DNA of 55,554 nt, taken from positions 1-55,554 of the IMG/VR virus record IMGVR_UViG_3300048587_001023. One strand, written 5' to 3'. A program made the position numbers and the translations under genes. The DNA is from a virus. Taxonomy: Duplodnaviria > Caudoviricetes. Shown here one piece after another: positions 9,860 through 19,143 of this stretch. Position 1 is the stretch's first letter. Each line of letters starts with the position of its first letter. The notes under the pieces were generated by a model that ran no database searches, was not told the DNA's origin, and was given only the letters and a program-made list of their open reading frames with translations.

Positions 9860-9892
9860 GGTGTTCTCCTGCGAGTTGATCGTGGCGACACC

Positions 9893-9927
9893 CGTAGTTA
9901 CGCGCTGGTCAATCGAGAAGCCAAGGC
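9893..9927 (-). promoter_or_regulatory. Repeated promoter/operator motif, copy D
   Basis: Minus strand CTTGGCTTC-N9-CAGCGCGTAACT. Confidence 0.55.
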
Positions 9928-9954
9928 GTTTTCGGCACCTTGATCGAACATTTT

Positions 9955-10263
9955 TCAATCGACACGGACGCCGACGTAGCGTCCGTAGTTGCCACCGGAC
10001 GGATCGACGTACAGCGTCGTGCGATTGGGCGCAGTGACCTCCACCACGCTGCGCCCGCCGCCCTCGAGGTAGCCACCGCGCCCGGCCAGCCATTCGCGAT
10101 CGTCGAGCAAAGTCTTGGCGAAGGCGTCGTACTCGGCCTCAGTCAGCTCCTTGCGGAGCTCGATCTCGACGGGCTCGGGTTGGGCGCTGGCATCGCCGTT
10201 GTGCAGGACGCAGTCAAGGTCGTAAGGCTTGCGTGCGAATCGGGCGCGAATCGTGGTGGTCAT
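9955..10263 (-). CDS. Phage hypothetical protein (102 aa, DUF6329-like)
   Basis: EYDAFAKTLLDD...YVDPSGGNYGRYVG; RBS AGGAG. Confidence 0.7.
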   Translation of the reverse strand: MTTTIRARFARKPYDLDCVLHNGDASAQPEPVEIELRKELTEAEYDAFAKTLLDDREWLAGRGGYLEGGGRSVVEVTAPNRTTLYVDPSGGNYGRYVGVRVD

Positions 10264-10294
10264 GAAGGGCTCCTGGGTGAATGTGGGCGACGTC

Positions 10295-10349
10295 CCCATG
10301 AACACGCTGTTCGCGCGGGAAGCCAAGCGCTTCCTGCTTGGCTTCCGCG
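10295..10349 (-). promoter_or_regulatory. Repeated promoter/operator motif, copy C, with inverted repeat
   Basis: CTTGGCTTC-N9-CAGCGTGTTCAT; GGAAGCCAAGC/GCTTGGCTTCC stem. Confidence 0.65.
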
Positions 10350-10359
10350 GGAGTTTCGA

Positions 10360-10932
10360 TCAGGCGACGCGGTAGACGCGCTCGCCGCCCGCTGCCTTGT
10401 CCGAGGTGAGGGACAAACCAAGCTTCTTCTTGAAGGCCCCGGCAAAGGTGCCGCGCACGGTGTGCGCCTGCCAGCCGGTGGCTTCGCAGATTTGCCGGAT
10501 GGTGGCGCCCTCGGGGCGCTGCAACATGCGGATGACTTCCGCCTGCTTGCTGTTGTCTCGAGTGCGTAGGGGCGTAGCGCTCGGCACAAAGGATGCCTCG
10601 GCAGCGGCGACGTCGGCTTCTACGCTCGCGTCGTTCGTCCTCTGCGCGGCGTCCGCGTTGGCGATGATGGCATCGAGCTTGGCCTCGAACATCGACTTCC
10701 GCTTCTTGTTGATGCGCGGGCGTTCGATGCCCAAGGCGTCGTAACCCTCGGCGGCCACGACAAACTGGCCGTCGATCTGCACCACCAGGACACGGTTGAA
10801 AAGACCGTCGAGCACCTTCTGGCGGGCGCCGCCTTTGATGTTCTCGGGGAACCACTCGATCTTGCCATCGGTGTGCGCAATGGCGTGGGCCAGGATGGCG
10901 TGCTGGGTCGGGGTCAGTTGAATCGTGCTCAT
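10360..10932 (-). CDS. DUF3489 domain protein (winged-helix-like)
   Basis: SKQAEVIRMLQRPEGATI...GWQAHTVRG...KKLGL. Confidence 0.85.
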   Translation of the reverse strand: MSTIQLTPTQHAILAHAIAHTDGKIEWFPENIKGGARQKVLDGLFNRVLVVQIDGQFVVAAEGYDALGIERPRINKKRKSMFEAKLDAIIANADAAQRTNDASVEADVAAAEASFVPSATPLRTRDNSKQAEVIRMLQRPEGATIRQICEATGWQAHTVRGTFAGAFKKKLGLSLTSDKAAGGERVYRVA

Positions 10933-10960
10933 GCTCTGCTCCGTGGCAGTGGATCGGAAG

Positions 10961-11008
10961 GTGATGAACGCGCTGTGCGGCGATGAAGCCAAGCGCCTTC
11001 TGCTTGGC
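10961..11008 (-). promoter_or_regulatory. Repeated promoter/operator motif, copy B, with inverted repeat
   Basis: CTTGGCTTC-N9-CAGCGCGTTCATCAC; GCCAAGC/GCTTGGC stem. Confidence 0.65.
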
Positions 11009-11009
11009 C

Positions 11010-11201
11010 TCAGCCCTGCTTCGCGCGGCGCTTGGATTTGGCGTCCTGCTGGCCGGCCCTGAAGGCCGCTTCCAAGGCATCGCGCACGCACCAGACGCCG
11101 ACGTCGTGGAAGTCGAGGGAATCGGAATTTCGGGTTTCCAGCGTTTCGATGCGCAGGTGCTGCTGTGCGATCTGGGTGAGGAGGTCGTCGAGGGTATTCA
11201 T
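11010..11201 (-). CDS. DUF6900-like small protein
   Basis: IETLETRNSDSLDFHDVGVWCVRDALEAAF. Confidence 0.8.
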   Translation of the reverse strand: MNTLDDLLTQIAQQHLRIETLETRNSDSLDFHDVGVWCVRDALEAAFRAGQQDAKSKRRAKQG

Positions 11202-11230
11202 GGCGGGTCCGGGTGGTGGTTGGCGACGGT

Positions 11231-11265
11231 GTGATGAACGCGCTGTTCGCGACGGAAGCCAAGCG
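11231..11265 (-). promoter_or_regulatory. Repeated promoter/operator motif, copy A
   Basis: CTTGGCTTC-N9-CAGCGCGTTCATCAC, 29 nt upstream of the start codon. Confidence 0.65.
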
Positions 11266-11303
11266 TTTCGCCCGGGAATCGCGATCATTGATTGAAGGGG
11301 CCG

Positions 11304-11831
11304 ATGGGCATCTCGATTCGCGCCTATGCGCGCCACCGCGGGGTGACCGATACCGCCGTGCACAAGGCGATCCGTGCCGGCCGCATTACCCCTGAAGCCG
11401 ACGGCACGATTGACCCGGCCCGCGCCGACCAGGACTGGGCGCGCAACTCCGAAGCCCCGCGCGCTGGTACGCGCACCAAGGCTGCTCGTGTGGCCATGCC
11501 GGATGCTGGGGCCGACAGCGGCACGCCGCTCCCTGTGGGCGGCGCCTCGTTGCTACAGGCGCGCACCGTCAACGAGGTGGTCAAGGCGCAGACCAACAAG
11601 GTCCGGCTGGCACGCCTCAAGGGCGAACTGGTCGACCGGCCGCAGGCCATCGCCCATGTATTCAAGCTGGCGCGCGCTGAGCGCGATGCCTGGCTCAACT
11701 GGCCGGCGCGGGTATCAGCGCAGATGGCCGCGCTGCTGGGCATCGATGGCCACGCGCTACATGTCGCGCTGGAGGCCGCCGTACGCGAGCACCTGCAGGA
11801 ACTGGGCGAGGTCCGCCCGCGAGTGGATTGA
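11304..11831 (+). CDS. Terminase small subunit (Nu1-like)
   Basis: N-terminal HTH SIRAYARHRG, coiled coil ending KGELVD, overlaps the large subunit start. Confidence 0.8.
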   Translation: MGISIRAYARHRGVTDTAVHKAIRAGRITPEADGTIDPARADQDWARNSEAPRAGTRTKAARVAMPDAGADSGTPLPVGGASLLQARTVNEVVKAQTNKVRLARLKGELVDRPQAIAHVFKLARAERDAWLNWPARVSAQMAALLGIDGHALHVALEAAVREHLQELGEVRPRVD

Positions 11832-13795
11832 TGACGATCGTGGCGGATTACGAGGGCGGGCTCGATATCGAGCGCGCCTGGCGGGAAGGCCTGACTCCCG
11901 ATCCCCTGCTTTCGGTGTCGGAATGGGCCGATCGGCACCGGATGCTATCGAGCAAGGCCTCGGCCGAGCCCGGGCGCTGGCGCACTAGCCGCACGCCTTA
12001 CCTCAAGGCGATCATGGATTGCCTGTCGCCGACTTCGGCGATCGAGCGCGTGGTGTTCATGAAGGCCGCGCAGCTCGGCGCGACCGAGATGGGCAACAAC
12101 TGGATCGGCTACGTGATCCATCACGCGCCGGGACCGATGATGGCGGTGTCGCCCACGGTCGAGATGGCCAAGCGCAACTCGAAGCAGCGCATCGACCCGC
12201 TGATCGAAGAATCGCCGGTGCTGGCCGAGCTGATCGCACCGGCGCGCTCGCGCGACGCCGGCAACACGATTCTGGCCAAGGAGTTCCGCGGCGGCGTGCT
12301 GGTGATGACCGGCGCGAACAGCGCCGTCGGCCTGCGCTCCATGCCGGTGCGCTACCTGTTCCTGGACGAAGTCGACGGTTATCCCAGCGACGTTGATGGC
12401 GAGGGCGATGCGATCTCGCTGGCGGAGGCGCGCACCCGCACCTTCACCCGGCGCAAGATCTTCATCGTCTCGACGCCGACGATTGCCGGCGCCAGTTCGA
12501 TCGAGCGCGAGTACGAAGCCTCAGACCAACGCCGCTTCTTTTTGCCCTGCCCGCATTGCACGCATCGGCAGTGGCTGCGGTTCGAGCAGTTGCGCTGGGA
12601 CAAGGGCCGGCCAGACACGGCCGCCTACGTCTGCGAGTCCTGCGAGCAGCCGATCGCGGAGAGCCACAAGACCTGGATGCTGGAGCGCGGCGAGTGGCGG
12701 GCCCTGGCCACAGCGAGCAATGGCAAGACCGCGGGCTTTCATCTCTCCTCGCTGTACAGCCCGGTGGGCTGGCGCAGTTGGCGGGAAATTGCTGCGGCCT
12801 GGGAGGCCGCGGTGAACAAGGAATCGGGATCGGCGGCGGCGATCAAGACCTTCAAGAACACCGAGCTCGGCGAGACCTGGGTCGAGGAAGGCGAAGCACC
12901 GGATTGGCAGCGCTTGATCGAGCGCCGCGAGGACTACGTGCCGGGCCGAATTCCGGCTGGCGGCCTGCTGCTGGTCGGTGGCGCCGACGTGCAAAAGGAC
13001 CGCATCGAGGCCTCGATCTGGGCCTTCGGCCGCGGCAAGGAAGCCTGGCTGGTCGAGCACCGCGTGCTGATGGGCGACACCGCCCGCGACGGCGTGTGGC
13101 GCCGGCTCGGCGAGTTGCTGGCGGAGACCTGGACCCACGCCTCCGGCGCTCAGTTGCCGCTGGCGCGCTTTGCGCTGGACACCGGCTTTGCCACGCAGGA
13201 GGCCTATGCCTTCGTGCGCGGCTGCCGTGATCCGCGGGCGATGGCGGTCAAAGGCGTGTCGAAGGGCGCGGCCCTGATCGGCACACCGACGGCTGTCGAC
13301 CTCACGCAAGGCGGCAAGAAACTGCGCCGTGGCATCAAGGTGTTCTCGGTCGCTGTCGGCATCGCCAAGCTCGAGTTCTACAACAACCTGCGCAAGAACG
13401 CCGACGTGTTGGAGGACGGCATCACGCTGCGCTACCCGGTCGGCTTCGTGCACTTGCCCAAGGTCGACGCCGAGTTTGTGCAGCAGTTGTGCGCCGAACA
13501 ACTGATCACCCGCCGCGATCGCAACGGTTTCGCGATTCGCGAGTGGCAAAAGATGCGCGAGCGTAACGAGGCCCTGGACTGCTACGTGTACGCCCGCGCG
13601 GCCGCGAGTGCCGCCGGCCTCGACCGTTTCGAAGAACGCCATTGGAGCGAATTGGAACGCCAGCTTGGCGTGCCGCCGCCCCAGGCAATCATCACCACTG
13701 AACCCCTGATCGAGGCCACCCCACGCGGTGGCCTCGCTGTTTCCGCACCCCGCACCAGCGGCCGCCGCCTCATTCGCAGCCGCTGGGTCGGCTGA
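11831..13795 (+). CDS. Terminase large subunit, GpA family
   Basis: KAAQLGATE, FLDEVD, STPT, CPHC, RNEALDC. Confidence 0.95.
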   Translation: MTIVADYEGGLDIERAWREGLTPDPLLSVSEWADRHRMLSSKASAEPGRWRTSRTPYLKAIMDCLSPTSAIERVVFMKAAQLGATEMGNNWIGYVIHHAPGPMMAVSPTVEMAKRNSKQRIDPLIEESPVLAELIAPARSRDAGNTILAKEFRGGVLVMTGANSAVGLRSMPVRYLFLDEVDGYPSDVDGEGDAISLAEARTRTFTRRKIFIVSTPTIAGASSIEREYEASDQRRFFLPCPHCTHRQWLRFEQLRWDKGRPDTAAYVCESCEQPIAESHKTWMLERGEWRALATASNGKTAGFHLSSLYSPVGWRSWREIAAAWEAAVNKESGSAAAIKTFKNTELGETWVEEGEAPDWQRLIERREDYVPGRIPAGGLLLVGGADVQKDRIEASIWAFGRGKEAWLVEHRVLMGDTARDGVWRRLGELLAETWTHASGAQLPLARFALDTGFATQEAYAFVRGCRDPRAMAVKGVSKGAALIGTPTAVDLTQGGKKLRRGIKVFSVAVGIAKLEFYNNLRKNADVLEDGITLRYPVGFVHLPKVDAEFVQQLCAEQLITRRDRNGFAIREWQKMRERNEALDCYVYARAAASAAGLDRFEERHWSELERQLGVPPPQAIITTEPLIEATPRGGLAVSAPRTSGRRLIRSRWVG

Positions 13796-13831
13796 TCGAA
13801 CGCTTCCGAATCACCCTCCACGGAGTCCTGC

Positions 13832-14323
13832 ATGAGTCTGCAAACGCAACTGAACAGCTTCGTCGTCCGCGTCGCCGACGAGTTCAACACCGTCAAAGGC
13901 CGCACCGGCGCCCTGGCCGCGCTGAACACCAGCGACAAGTCGAACCTGGTCGCGGCCATCAACGAGGTCAAGGCCGCCATCGTCGCGGCCGCCGCAATCG
14001 ACGATACCCAGGCAACGCTCGCCACCACCTACTCGTCGAGCAAGATCGTCACCCTGCTCGATACCCTCAAGGCCGACATCCTCGGCGGCGCCGATCCGGC
14101 CTACGACACCCTGCTCGAACTGCAGCAAGCGCTGCAGAACGACCAGACCGGCATCGCCGCGCTGACCGCCGCGATTGAAGCGCGCGTGCGCTTCGATGCC
14201 GCGCAGACGCTGACGCCCACCGAGCAGGCGCAGGCGCGCAGCAATATCGGCGCGGTCGCGGCCAGCGACATCGGCGATGTGGCGACCGACTTCGTGGCGA
14301 TCTTCGAAGCGGCCCTGGTCTAA
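13832..14323 (+). CDS. Short fibre-like virion protein
   Basis: Fibre motifs KSNLVAAINEV, DTLLELQQAL and QAQARSNIGA. Confidence 0.6.
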   Translation: MSLQTQLNSFVVRVADEFNTVKGRTGALAALNTSDKSNLVAAINEVKAAIVAAAAIDDTQATLATTYSSSKIVTLLDTLKADILGGADPAYDTLLELQQALQNDQTGIAALTAAIEARVRFDAAQTLTPTEQAQARSNIGAVAASDIGDVATDFVAIFEAALV

Positions 14324-14326
14324 TCC

Positions 14327-14716
14327 ATGAGCCTGAGCGGACAGTTCGCGGCTCTGGCCGCGCGCATCGGCGGCGAGATCAAGGACCTGATCCGACCGGA
14401 TCATCCGGGACTCGCCCGCGCCTGGGTGTCGTTCGGGTGGGACGGCAGCGAAATCGTGATCGCCGCGTCGTATGGCGTGGCGGCCGTCCAGCGCCTGGCC
14501 GCCGGTCGCTACCGCGTCGAGTTCAGCGCGCCGTTTCCCGATGCCGGCTATTGCTGGACGGCCAGCGGGCGCAGCGCCGGTGCGAATGGCGCGATTCGCT
14601 TCATCGTCACGCGCAGCGTCGATGCCAAGACCGCGACGCAGCTCGACCTCGCTTGCAGCACCAGCAACAACAGCCTCGCTGACGCCAGCGAAGTGAACCT
14701 GGTGGTGTATCGATGA
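14327..14716 (+). CDS. Putative virion fibre-tip-like protein
   Basis: AWVSF...SYGVAAVQRLAAGRYRVEF; N-terminus resembles that of the preceding gene. Confidence 0.55.
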   Translation: MSLSGQFAALAARIGGEIKDLIRPDHPGLARAWVSFGWDGSEIVIAASYGVAAVQRLAAGRYRVEFSAPFPDAGYCWTASGRSAGANGAIRFIVTRSVDAKTATQLDLACSTSNNSLADASEVNLVVYR

Positions 14717-14940
14717 GTGTGACCTACACCGAAGTGCAGCTTCAGGCGCTGCGCGAGGCCCTGGCGCGCGGCGAGAAACGTGTGAGCTTCGGCGACAAGA
14801 CGGTCGAGTACCGCACCGTCGATGAGCTGCAAGCCGCCATCGCCGCGGTGGAGGCGGCGATGCACAAGGACGCGGTCGCCACCGGCCTGTACCCGCGGGC
14901 ACCCCGGCAGATCCGCGTGACCACCGGGAAGGGCTTCTGA
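14713..14940 (+). CDS. gpW-like head-tail joining protein
   Basis: ALARGEKRVSFGDKTVEYR; position directly before the portal. Confidence 0.85.
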   Translation: MSVTYTEVQLQALREALARGEKRVSFGDKTVEYRTVDELQAAIAAVEAAMHKDAVATGLYPRAPRQIRVTTGKGF

Positions 14941-16430
14941 TGGGCTGGCTCCGTAATGTCGGGCGCCGGCTGTGGGGCGGCACGCCGACCTATGACGGCA
15001 CCGGGTCGGGCCGGCGCACGCTCGCCTGGGCGGTCAGCAATCCGGGCGCGGTGGCGGCGCTGGCCTATACGCAGGACGGGCTGCGCGCCAAGAGCCGCGA
15101 CCTCGTGCGCCGCAATGCCTGGGCCGCGGCCGGCATCGATTCGTTTGTGGCGAACGCCATCGGCACCGGTATCAAGCCGCAGTCGATGGTGGCCGATCTG
15201 GCGCAACGCGAGTCGATCCAAGCGCTGTGGCGCGACTGGTGCGAGGACGCCGATGCGGCCGGGCTCACCGACTTTTACGGGCTGCAGGCACTGGCTTGCC
15301 GCTCGCTGCTCGAAGGCGGCGAGGCGCTGGTGCGCCTGCGCTGGCGCCGCCCCGACGATGGCCTGCCGGTCGCACTGCAATTGCAGGTGCTGGAAGCCGA
15401 GCACTTGCCGCTGGCGATGAACCAGGACCTGCCGGGCGGCAACACCGTCCGCGCCGGCATCGAGTTCGATCGACTCGGTCGGCGCGTGGCCTACCACCTG
15501 TACCGCTCGCATCCGAACGACGGCGGGCTCGCGCCGATGTCCTCGGCCGGTGGCCTCGATACCGTGCGGGTGCCAGCCTCAGACGTGCTGCACCTGTTCC
15601 GCCCACTGCGCCCGGGCCAGATCCGCGGCGAGCCGTGGCTGACCCGCGCGCTGGTCAAGCTCAACGAGCTCGATCAGTACGACGACGCGGAACTGGTGCG
15701 CAAAAAGACCGCGGCGATGTTCGCGGGCTTCATCACGCGGATGGCGCCCGAGGACAACCTGCTCGGCGAAGGCGGTGCCGACGCACAGGGCGTCGCACTG
15801 GCTGGCCTTGAGCCCGGCACGCTGCAGATTCTGGAGCCGGGCGAGGACATCAAGTTCTCGGCACCGGCCGACGTCGGCAGTTCCTACGCCGAGTTCATGC
15901 GCCAGCAGTTCCGCGCGGTGGCCGCGGCGATGGGCATCACCTACGAGATGCTCACCGGCGATCTGACCCAGGTGAACTACTCGTCGATCCGCGCCGGGCT
16001 GCTGGAGTTTCGCCGCCGCTGCGAGTCGATCCAGCACGGCGTGTTCGTGCACCAGATGTGTCGGCCGATCTGGCGCGCGTGGATGGATCAGGCCGTGCTC
16101 GAAGGCGCCCTGCTGCTGCCTGGCTACCGCCCGCGCCAACGTGCCTATCAGGCCGCCAAGTGGATCCCGCAAGGCTGGCAGTGGGTGGATCCGCAAAAGG
16201 AATTCAACGCGATGAAGCTCGCGATCCGCGCCGGCTTGATGAGCCGCTCGGAAGCGATCTCGGCGCACGGCTACGACGCCGAGGACGTCGATCGCGAAAT
16301 CGCCGCCGACAACGCGCGCGCCGATGGCCTGGGCCTGGTGTTCGACTCCGATCCGCGCAGCGACGCCAACCGCCTGTCCGCCGCCGTCCCACCGACCCGG
16401 CCGGATGACGCCGACTCAACCGAGGAGTGA
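14940..16430 (+). CDS. Portal protein, lambda family
   Basis: SRDLVRRN, RPGQIRGEPW, VNYSSIR, WVDPQKE. Confidence 0.95.
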   Translation: MGWLRNVGRRLWGGTPTYDGTGSGRRTLAWAVSNPGAVAALAYTQDGLRAKSRDLVRRNAWAAAGIDSFVANAIGTGIKPQSMVADLAQRESIQALWRDWCEDADAAGLTDFYGLQALACRSLLEGGEALVRLRWRRPDDGLPVALQLQVLEAEHLPLAMNQDLPGGNTVRAGIEFDRLGRRVAYHLYRSHPNDGGLAPMSSAGGLDTVRVPASDVLHLFRPLRPGQIRGEPWLTRALVKLNELDQYDDAELVRKKTAAMFAGFITRMAPEDNLLGEGGADAQGVALAGLEPGTLQILEPGEDIKFSAPADVGSSYAEFMRQQFRAVAAAMGITYEMLTGDLTQVNYSSIRAGLLEFRRRCESIQHGVFVHQMCRPIWRAWMDQAVLEGALLLPGYRPRQRAYQAAKWIPQGWQWVDPQKEFNAMKLAIRAGLMSRSEAISAHGYDAEDVDREIAADNARADGLGLVFDSDPRSDANRLSAAVPPTRPDDADSTEE

Positions 16431-16433
16431 TTG

Positions 16434-17693
16434 ATGCTGCCCCATCTTGCGGCCCGGCTATTCGGGACGCCCCTGCTCATCCAGCGCGCCAAGCTCGATG
16501 TGATTCTGTCGGTACTGGGCCCGCGCCTGGGCCTCGGCGAGTTGCCTGCCACTGACGCGCGCATGGCGCTGCCGGCCGCGCGACCGGTTCCCTCCGGCAC
16601 GAATGGGATCGCGGTCATCCCGATCCACGGCACCCTGGTCAAACGCACCGGTGGCCTCGAAGCCGCGTCGGGCCTCGCCAGTTACCAGGACATCGGCGCG
16701 CAGTTCGATATGGCGCTCGCCGATCCGAGCGTGGCCGGCATTCTGCTCGACGTCGATTCCCCCGGCGGCGAGGCCTCCGGCAGCTTCGAGCTCGCACGCC
16801 GCATCCGCGCCGCCGGCGACCACAAACCAATCTGGGCGGTCGCCAACGATGGCGCCTTCTCGGCGGCTTACGCGCTGGCCTCGGCCGCGCAGCGGCTGGT
16901 GGTGACCGAAACCGGCGGCGTCGGCTCGATCGGCGTGATCGCACTGCATGTCGATCAGTCATTGCGTGATGCGCAGGAAGGCTATCGCTACACCGCGCTC
17001 ACCGCCGGCCGCCACAAGAACGATTTCTCCCCGCACGAGCCACTCGACGATGCCGCGCGCAGCGAACTGCAAGCCGAGATCGATCGGCTGTACGCGATCT
17101 TCATTGGACAGGTCGCGAGTTTTCGCGGCCTGCCGGAAGCCGCCGTGCAAGCGACCGAAGCCGCGCTCTACTTCGGCCCGCACGCCGTCGCCGCCGGCCT
17201 GGCCGATGCCGTCGGCACGCTCGACGCCACGCTCGCCGAGTTCTCCCTCCACCTCAGTTCCCGAGGCCGCAACGCGCCCCCGACTCGGGCCCAAGCACGA
17301 CCCGGGACGCCGCACACCAGGACCCCTTCAATGGATCACGACCCCATGGACACCGAACGCAACGACCCTGGGCAGAACGACGCCCGGGAAACCATCGACG
17401 TCGCCGAAGCCGCGGTGCTGATCGCCGAGGCGCGGCGCGAGGTCGGCCAGTCGGCGCAGGCCATCGCCGAACTCTGCCTGATCGCCGGCTGCCCCGACCG
17501 GGCCGCCACCTTCATTGCCGAAGGCCGAACCGAAGCCGAGGTCCGCCGCCAGCTGATCGAAGCCAAGGCCGCGCGCTCGGACGCCACCCCGATCGGCTCG
17601 ACCATCACCGCCGACGCCGGCACCGCCGCCTCCCCGCGCGCAGAGGCCTCGCCGGTCGTCGCCGCCATCAAGAAACTCATCGGCAAGGAGTAA
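16434..17693 (+). CDS. S49 family capsid maturation protease (gpC-like)
   Basis: DVDSPGG, SAAYALAS, GSIGV. Confidence 0.9.
   Translation: MLPHLAARLFGTPLLIQRAKLDVILSVLGPRLGLGELPATDARMALPAARPVPSGTNGIAVIPIHGTLVKRTGGLEAASGLASYQDIGAQFDMALADPSVAGILLDVDSPGGEASGSFELARRIRAAGDHKPIWAVANDGAFSAAYALASAAQRLVVTETGGVGSIGVIALHVDQSLRDAQEGYRYTALTAGRHKNDFSPHEPLDDAARSELQAEIDRLYAIFIGQVASFRGLPEAAVQATEAALYFGPHAVAAGLADAVGTLDATLAEFSLHLSSRGRNAPPTRAQARPGTPHTRTPSMDHDPMDTERNDPGQNDARETIDVAEAAVLIAEARREVGQSAQAIAELCLIAGCPDRAATFIAEGRTEAEVRRQLIEAKAARSDATPIGSTITADAGTAASPRAEASPVVAAIKKLIGKE
17331..17693 (+). CDS. Probable nested scaffold protein (Nu3-like internal start)
   Basis: In-frame ATG at 17331 preceded by AGGAC, after the protease domain and a Pro/Arg linker; same arrangement as lambda C/Nu3. 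Confidence 0.5.
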   Translation: MDHDPMDTERNDPGQNDARETIDVAEAAVLIAEARREVGQSAQAIAELCLIAGCPDRAATFIAEGRTEAEVRRQLIEAKAARSDATPIGSTITADAGTAASPRAEASPVVAAIKKLIGKE

Positions 17694-17696
17694 GGC

Positions 17697-18074
17697 ATGC
17701 CCGCCCTCAATGAACGCGACACCCTCGGCAATCTGCTCAAGTACGAAGCGCCCCAGCTGTATTCGCGCGATATCGGCACCCTGGCCGCCGGCCAGAATCT
17801 CAATCTCGGCACCGTGCTGGCCAAGCGCACCAGCGACGGCAAATGGCTGGCGCTGGATCCGGCCGCCAGCGATGGCAGCGAAATTGCCCTCGGCGTACTC
17901 GCCATCGACTGCGATGCCACGCTGATCGATCGCGACGACGCCCTGGTCATCGCCCGGCACGCCATCGTCGCGCGCACGGCCCTGCGCTGGCCGGCCGCGA
18001 TCACCCTCGCGCAGAAAGCCACCGCGCAAGCGCAACTCGAAGCGCGCGGAATCCTGGTGCGCGACGCCGCCTGA
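17697..18074 (+). CDS. Head decoration protein (gpD-like)
   Basis: YSRD...GTVL...DGSEIALGVL; located between protease and capsid genes. Confidence 0.85.
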   Translation: MPALNERDTLGNLLKYEAPQLYSRDIGTLAAGQNLNLGTVLAKRTSDGKWLALDPAASDGSEIALGVLAIDCDATLIDRDDALVIARHAIVARTALRWPAAITLAQKATAQAQLEARGILVRDAA

Positions 18075-18099
18075 TTCCCCTCCACACGCAGTCCCCCGC

Positions 18100-18120
18100 A
18101 ACCCGCCGCTCGGCGGGTTT
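18100..18120 (+). promoter_or_regulatory. Stem-loop upstream of the major capsid RBS
   Basis: AACCCGCC-GCTC-GGCGGGTT then CATTTCTGGAGA; same module at 32374-32408. Confidence 0.45.
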
Positions 18121-18138
18121 CGCATTTCTGGAGATCCC

Positions 18139-19143
18139 ATGCAGAACCTTTTTGATAATCCCGGCTTCGCGATGGCGAGCCTGACCGCGGCGATCAACCT
18201 CGTCCCCAACCGCTACGGCCGTCTGGAACAGCTCGGCCTGTTCCCCACCAAGCCGGTGCGCACCCGACAGATCATCGTCGAGGAATACGCCGGCCGCCTG
18301 AACCTGCTGCCGACCAGGCCGCCCGGCTCGCCCGGCACCGTCGGCCAGCGTGGCAAGCGCACGCTGCGCTCCTTCGTCATTCCGCACATCCCGCACGACG
18401 ACGTGGTGCTGCCCGAAGAGGTGCAAGGCATCCGCGCCTTCGGCTCGGAAACCGAGATGGAAGCCATCGCCGGCGTCATGGCGCGGCATCTCGACACCAT
18501 GCGCAACAAGCACGCGATCACCCTGGAGCACCTGCGCATCGGTGCGCTCAAGGGGCAGATCCTCGATGCCGACGGCAGCACGATCTACGACCTGTACAGC
18601 GAGTTTGGCCTGACCCCGAAGACGGTCGGCTTCGATCTGGCGAACGCCAATAGCGACATCAAGGGCCACTGCTACGACCTGCTCGCGGCGGTCGAGGACG
18701 GCTTGCTCGGCGAGTTCATGACCGGCGTGCACGTGCTCTGCTCGCCGGAGTTCTTCCGGGCGCTGACCACCCACAAGGAGGTCAAGACCGCCTACGCCAA
18801 CTGGCAGCAGGGCGCGATCCTGATCAACGACGTGCGTGCCGGATTCCCGTATGCCGGTATCACTTTCGAGGAATACCGCGGCCAGGCCAGCGACGCCGAA
18901 GGCACGGTGCGCCGTTTCATCGCCGCTGGCGAAGCGCATGCCTTCCCGATCGGCACGGTGGACACCTTTGCCACCTACGTGGCGCCGGCCGATTTCAACG
19001 AGACGGTCAACACGCTCGGCCAGCCGCTGTACGCCAAGCAGGAACCGCGCAAGTTCGATCGCGGCACCGATCTGCACACCCAGTCCAACCCGCTGCCGAT
19101 GTGCCATCGCCCGGGCGTGCTGGTGAAGCTGACCAGCGCCTGA
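18139..19143 (+). CDS. Major capsid protein, lambda E family
   Basis: LTAAIN, TLEHLRIGALKG, QSNPLP; position in head module. Confidence 0.92.
   Translation: MQNLFDNPGFAMASLTAAINLVPNRYGRLEQLGLFPTKPVRTRQIIVEEYAGRLNLLPTRPPGSPGTVGQRGKRTLRSFVIPHIPHDDVVLPEEVQGIRAFGSETEMEAIAGVMARHLDTMRNKHAITLEHLRIGALKGQILDADGSTIYDLYSEFGLTPKTVGFDLANANSDIKGHCYDLLAAVEDGLLGEFMTGVHVLCSPEFFRALTTHKEVKTAYANWQQGAILINDVRAGFPYAGITFEEYRGQASDAEGTVRRFIAAGEAHAFPIGTVDTFATYVAPADFNETVNTLGQPLYAKQEPRKFDRGTDLHTQSNPLPMCHRPGVLVKLTSA

Noticed and set aside
9893-11265. The four repeats as a CRISPR array or integron attC sites
   Set aside because: Spacing is gene-length and irregular, the repeats are bipartite with promoter-like geometry, and they lack attC core sites.
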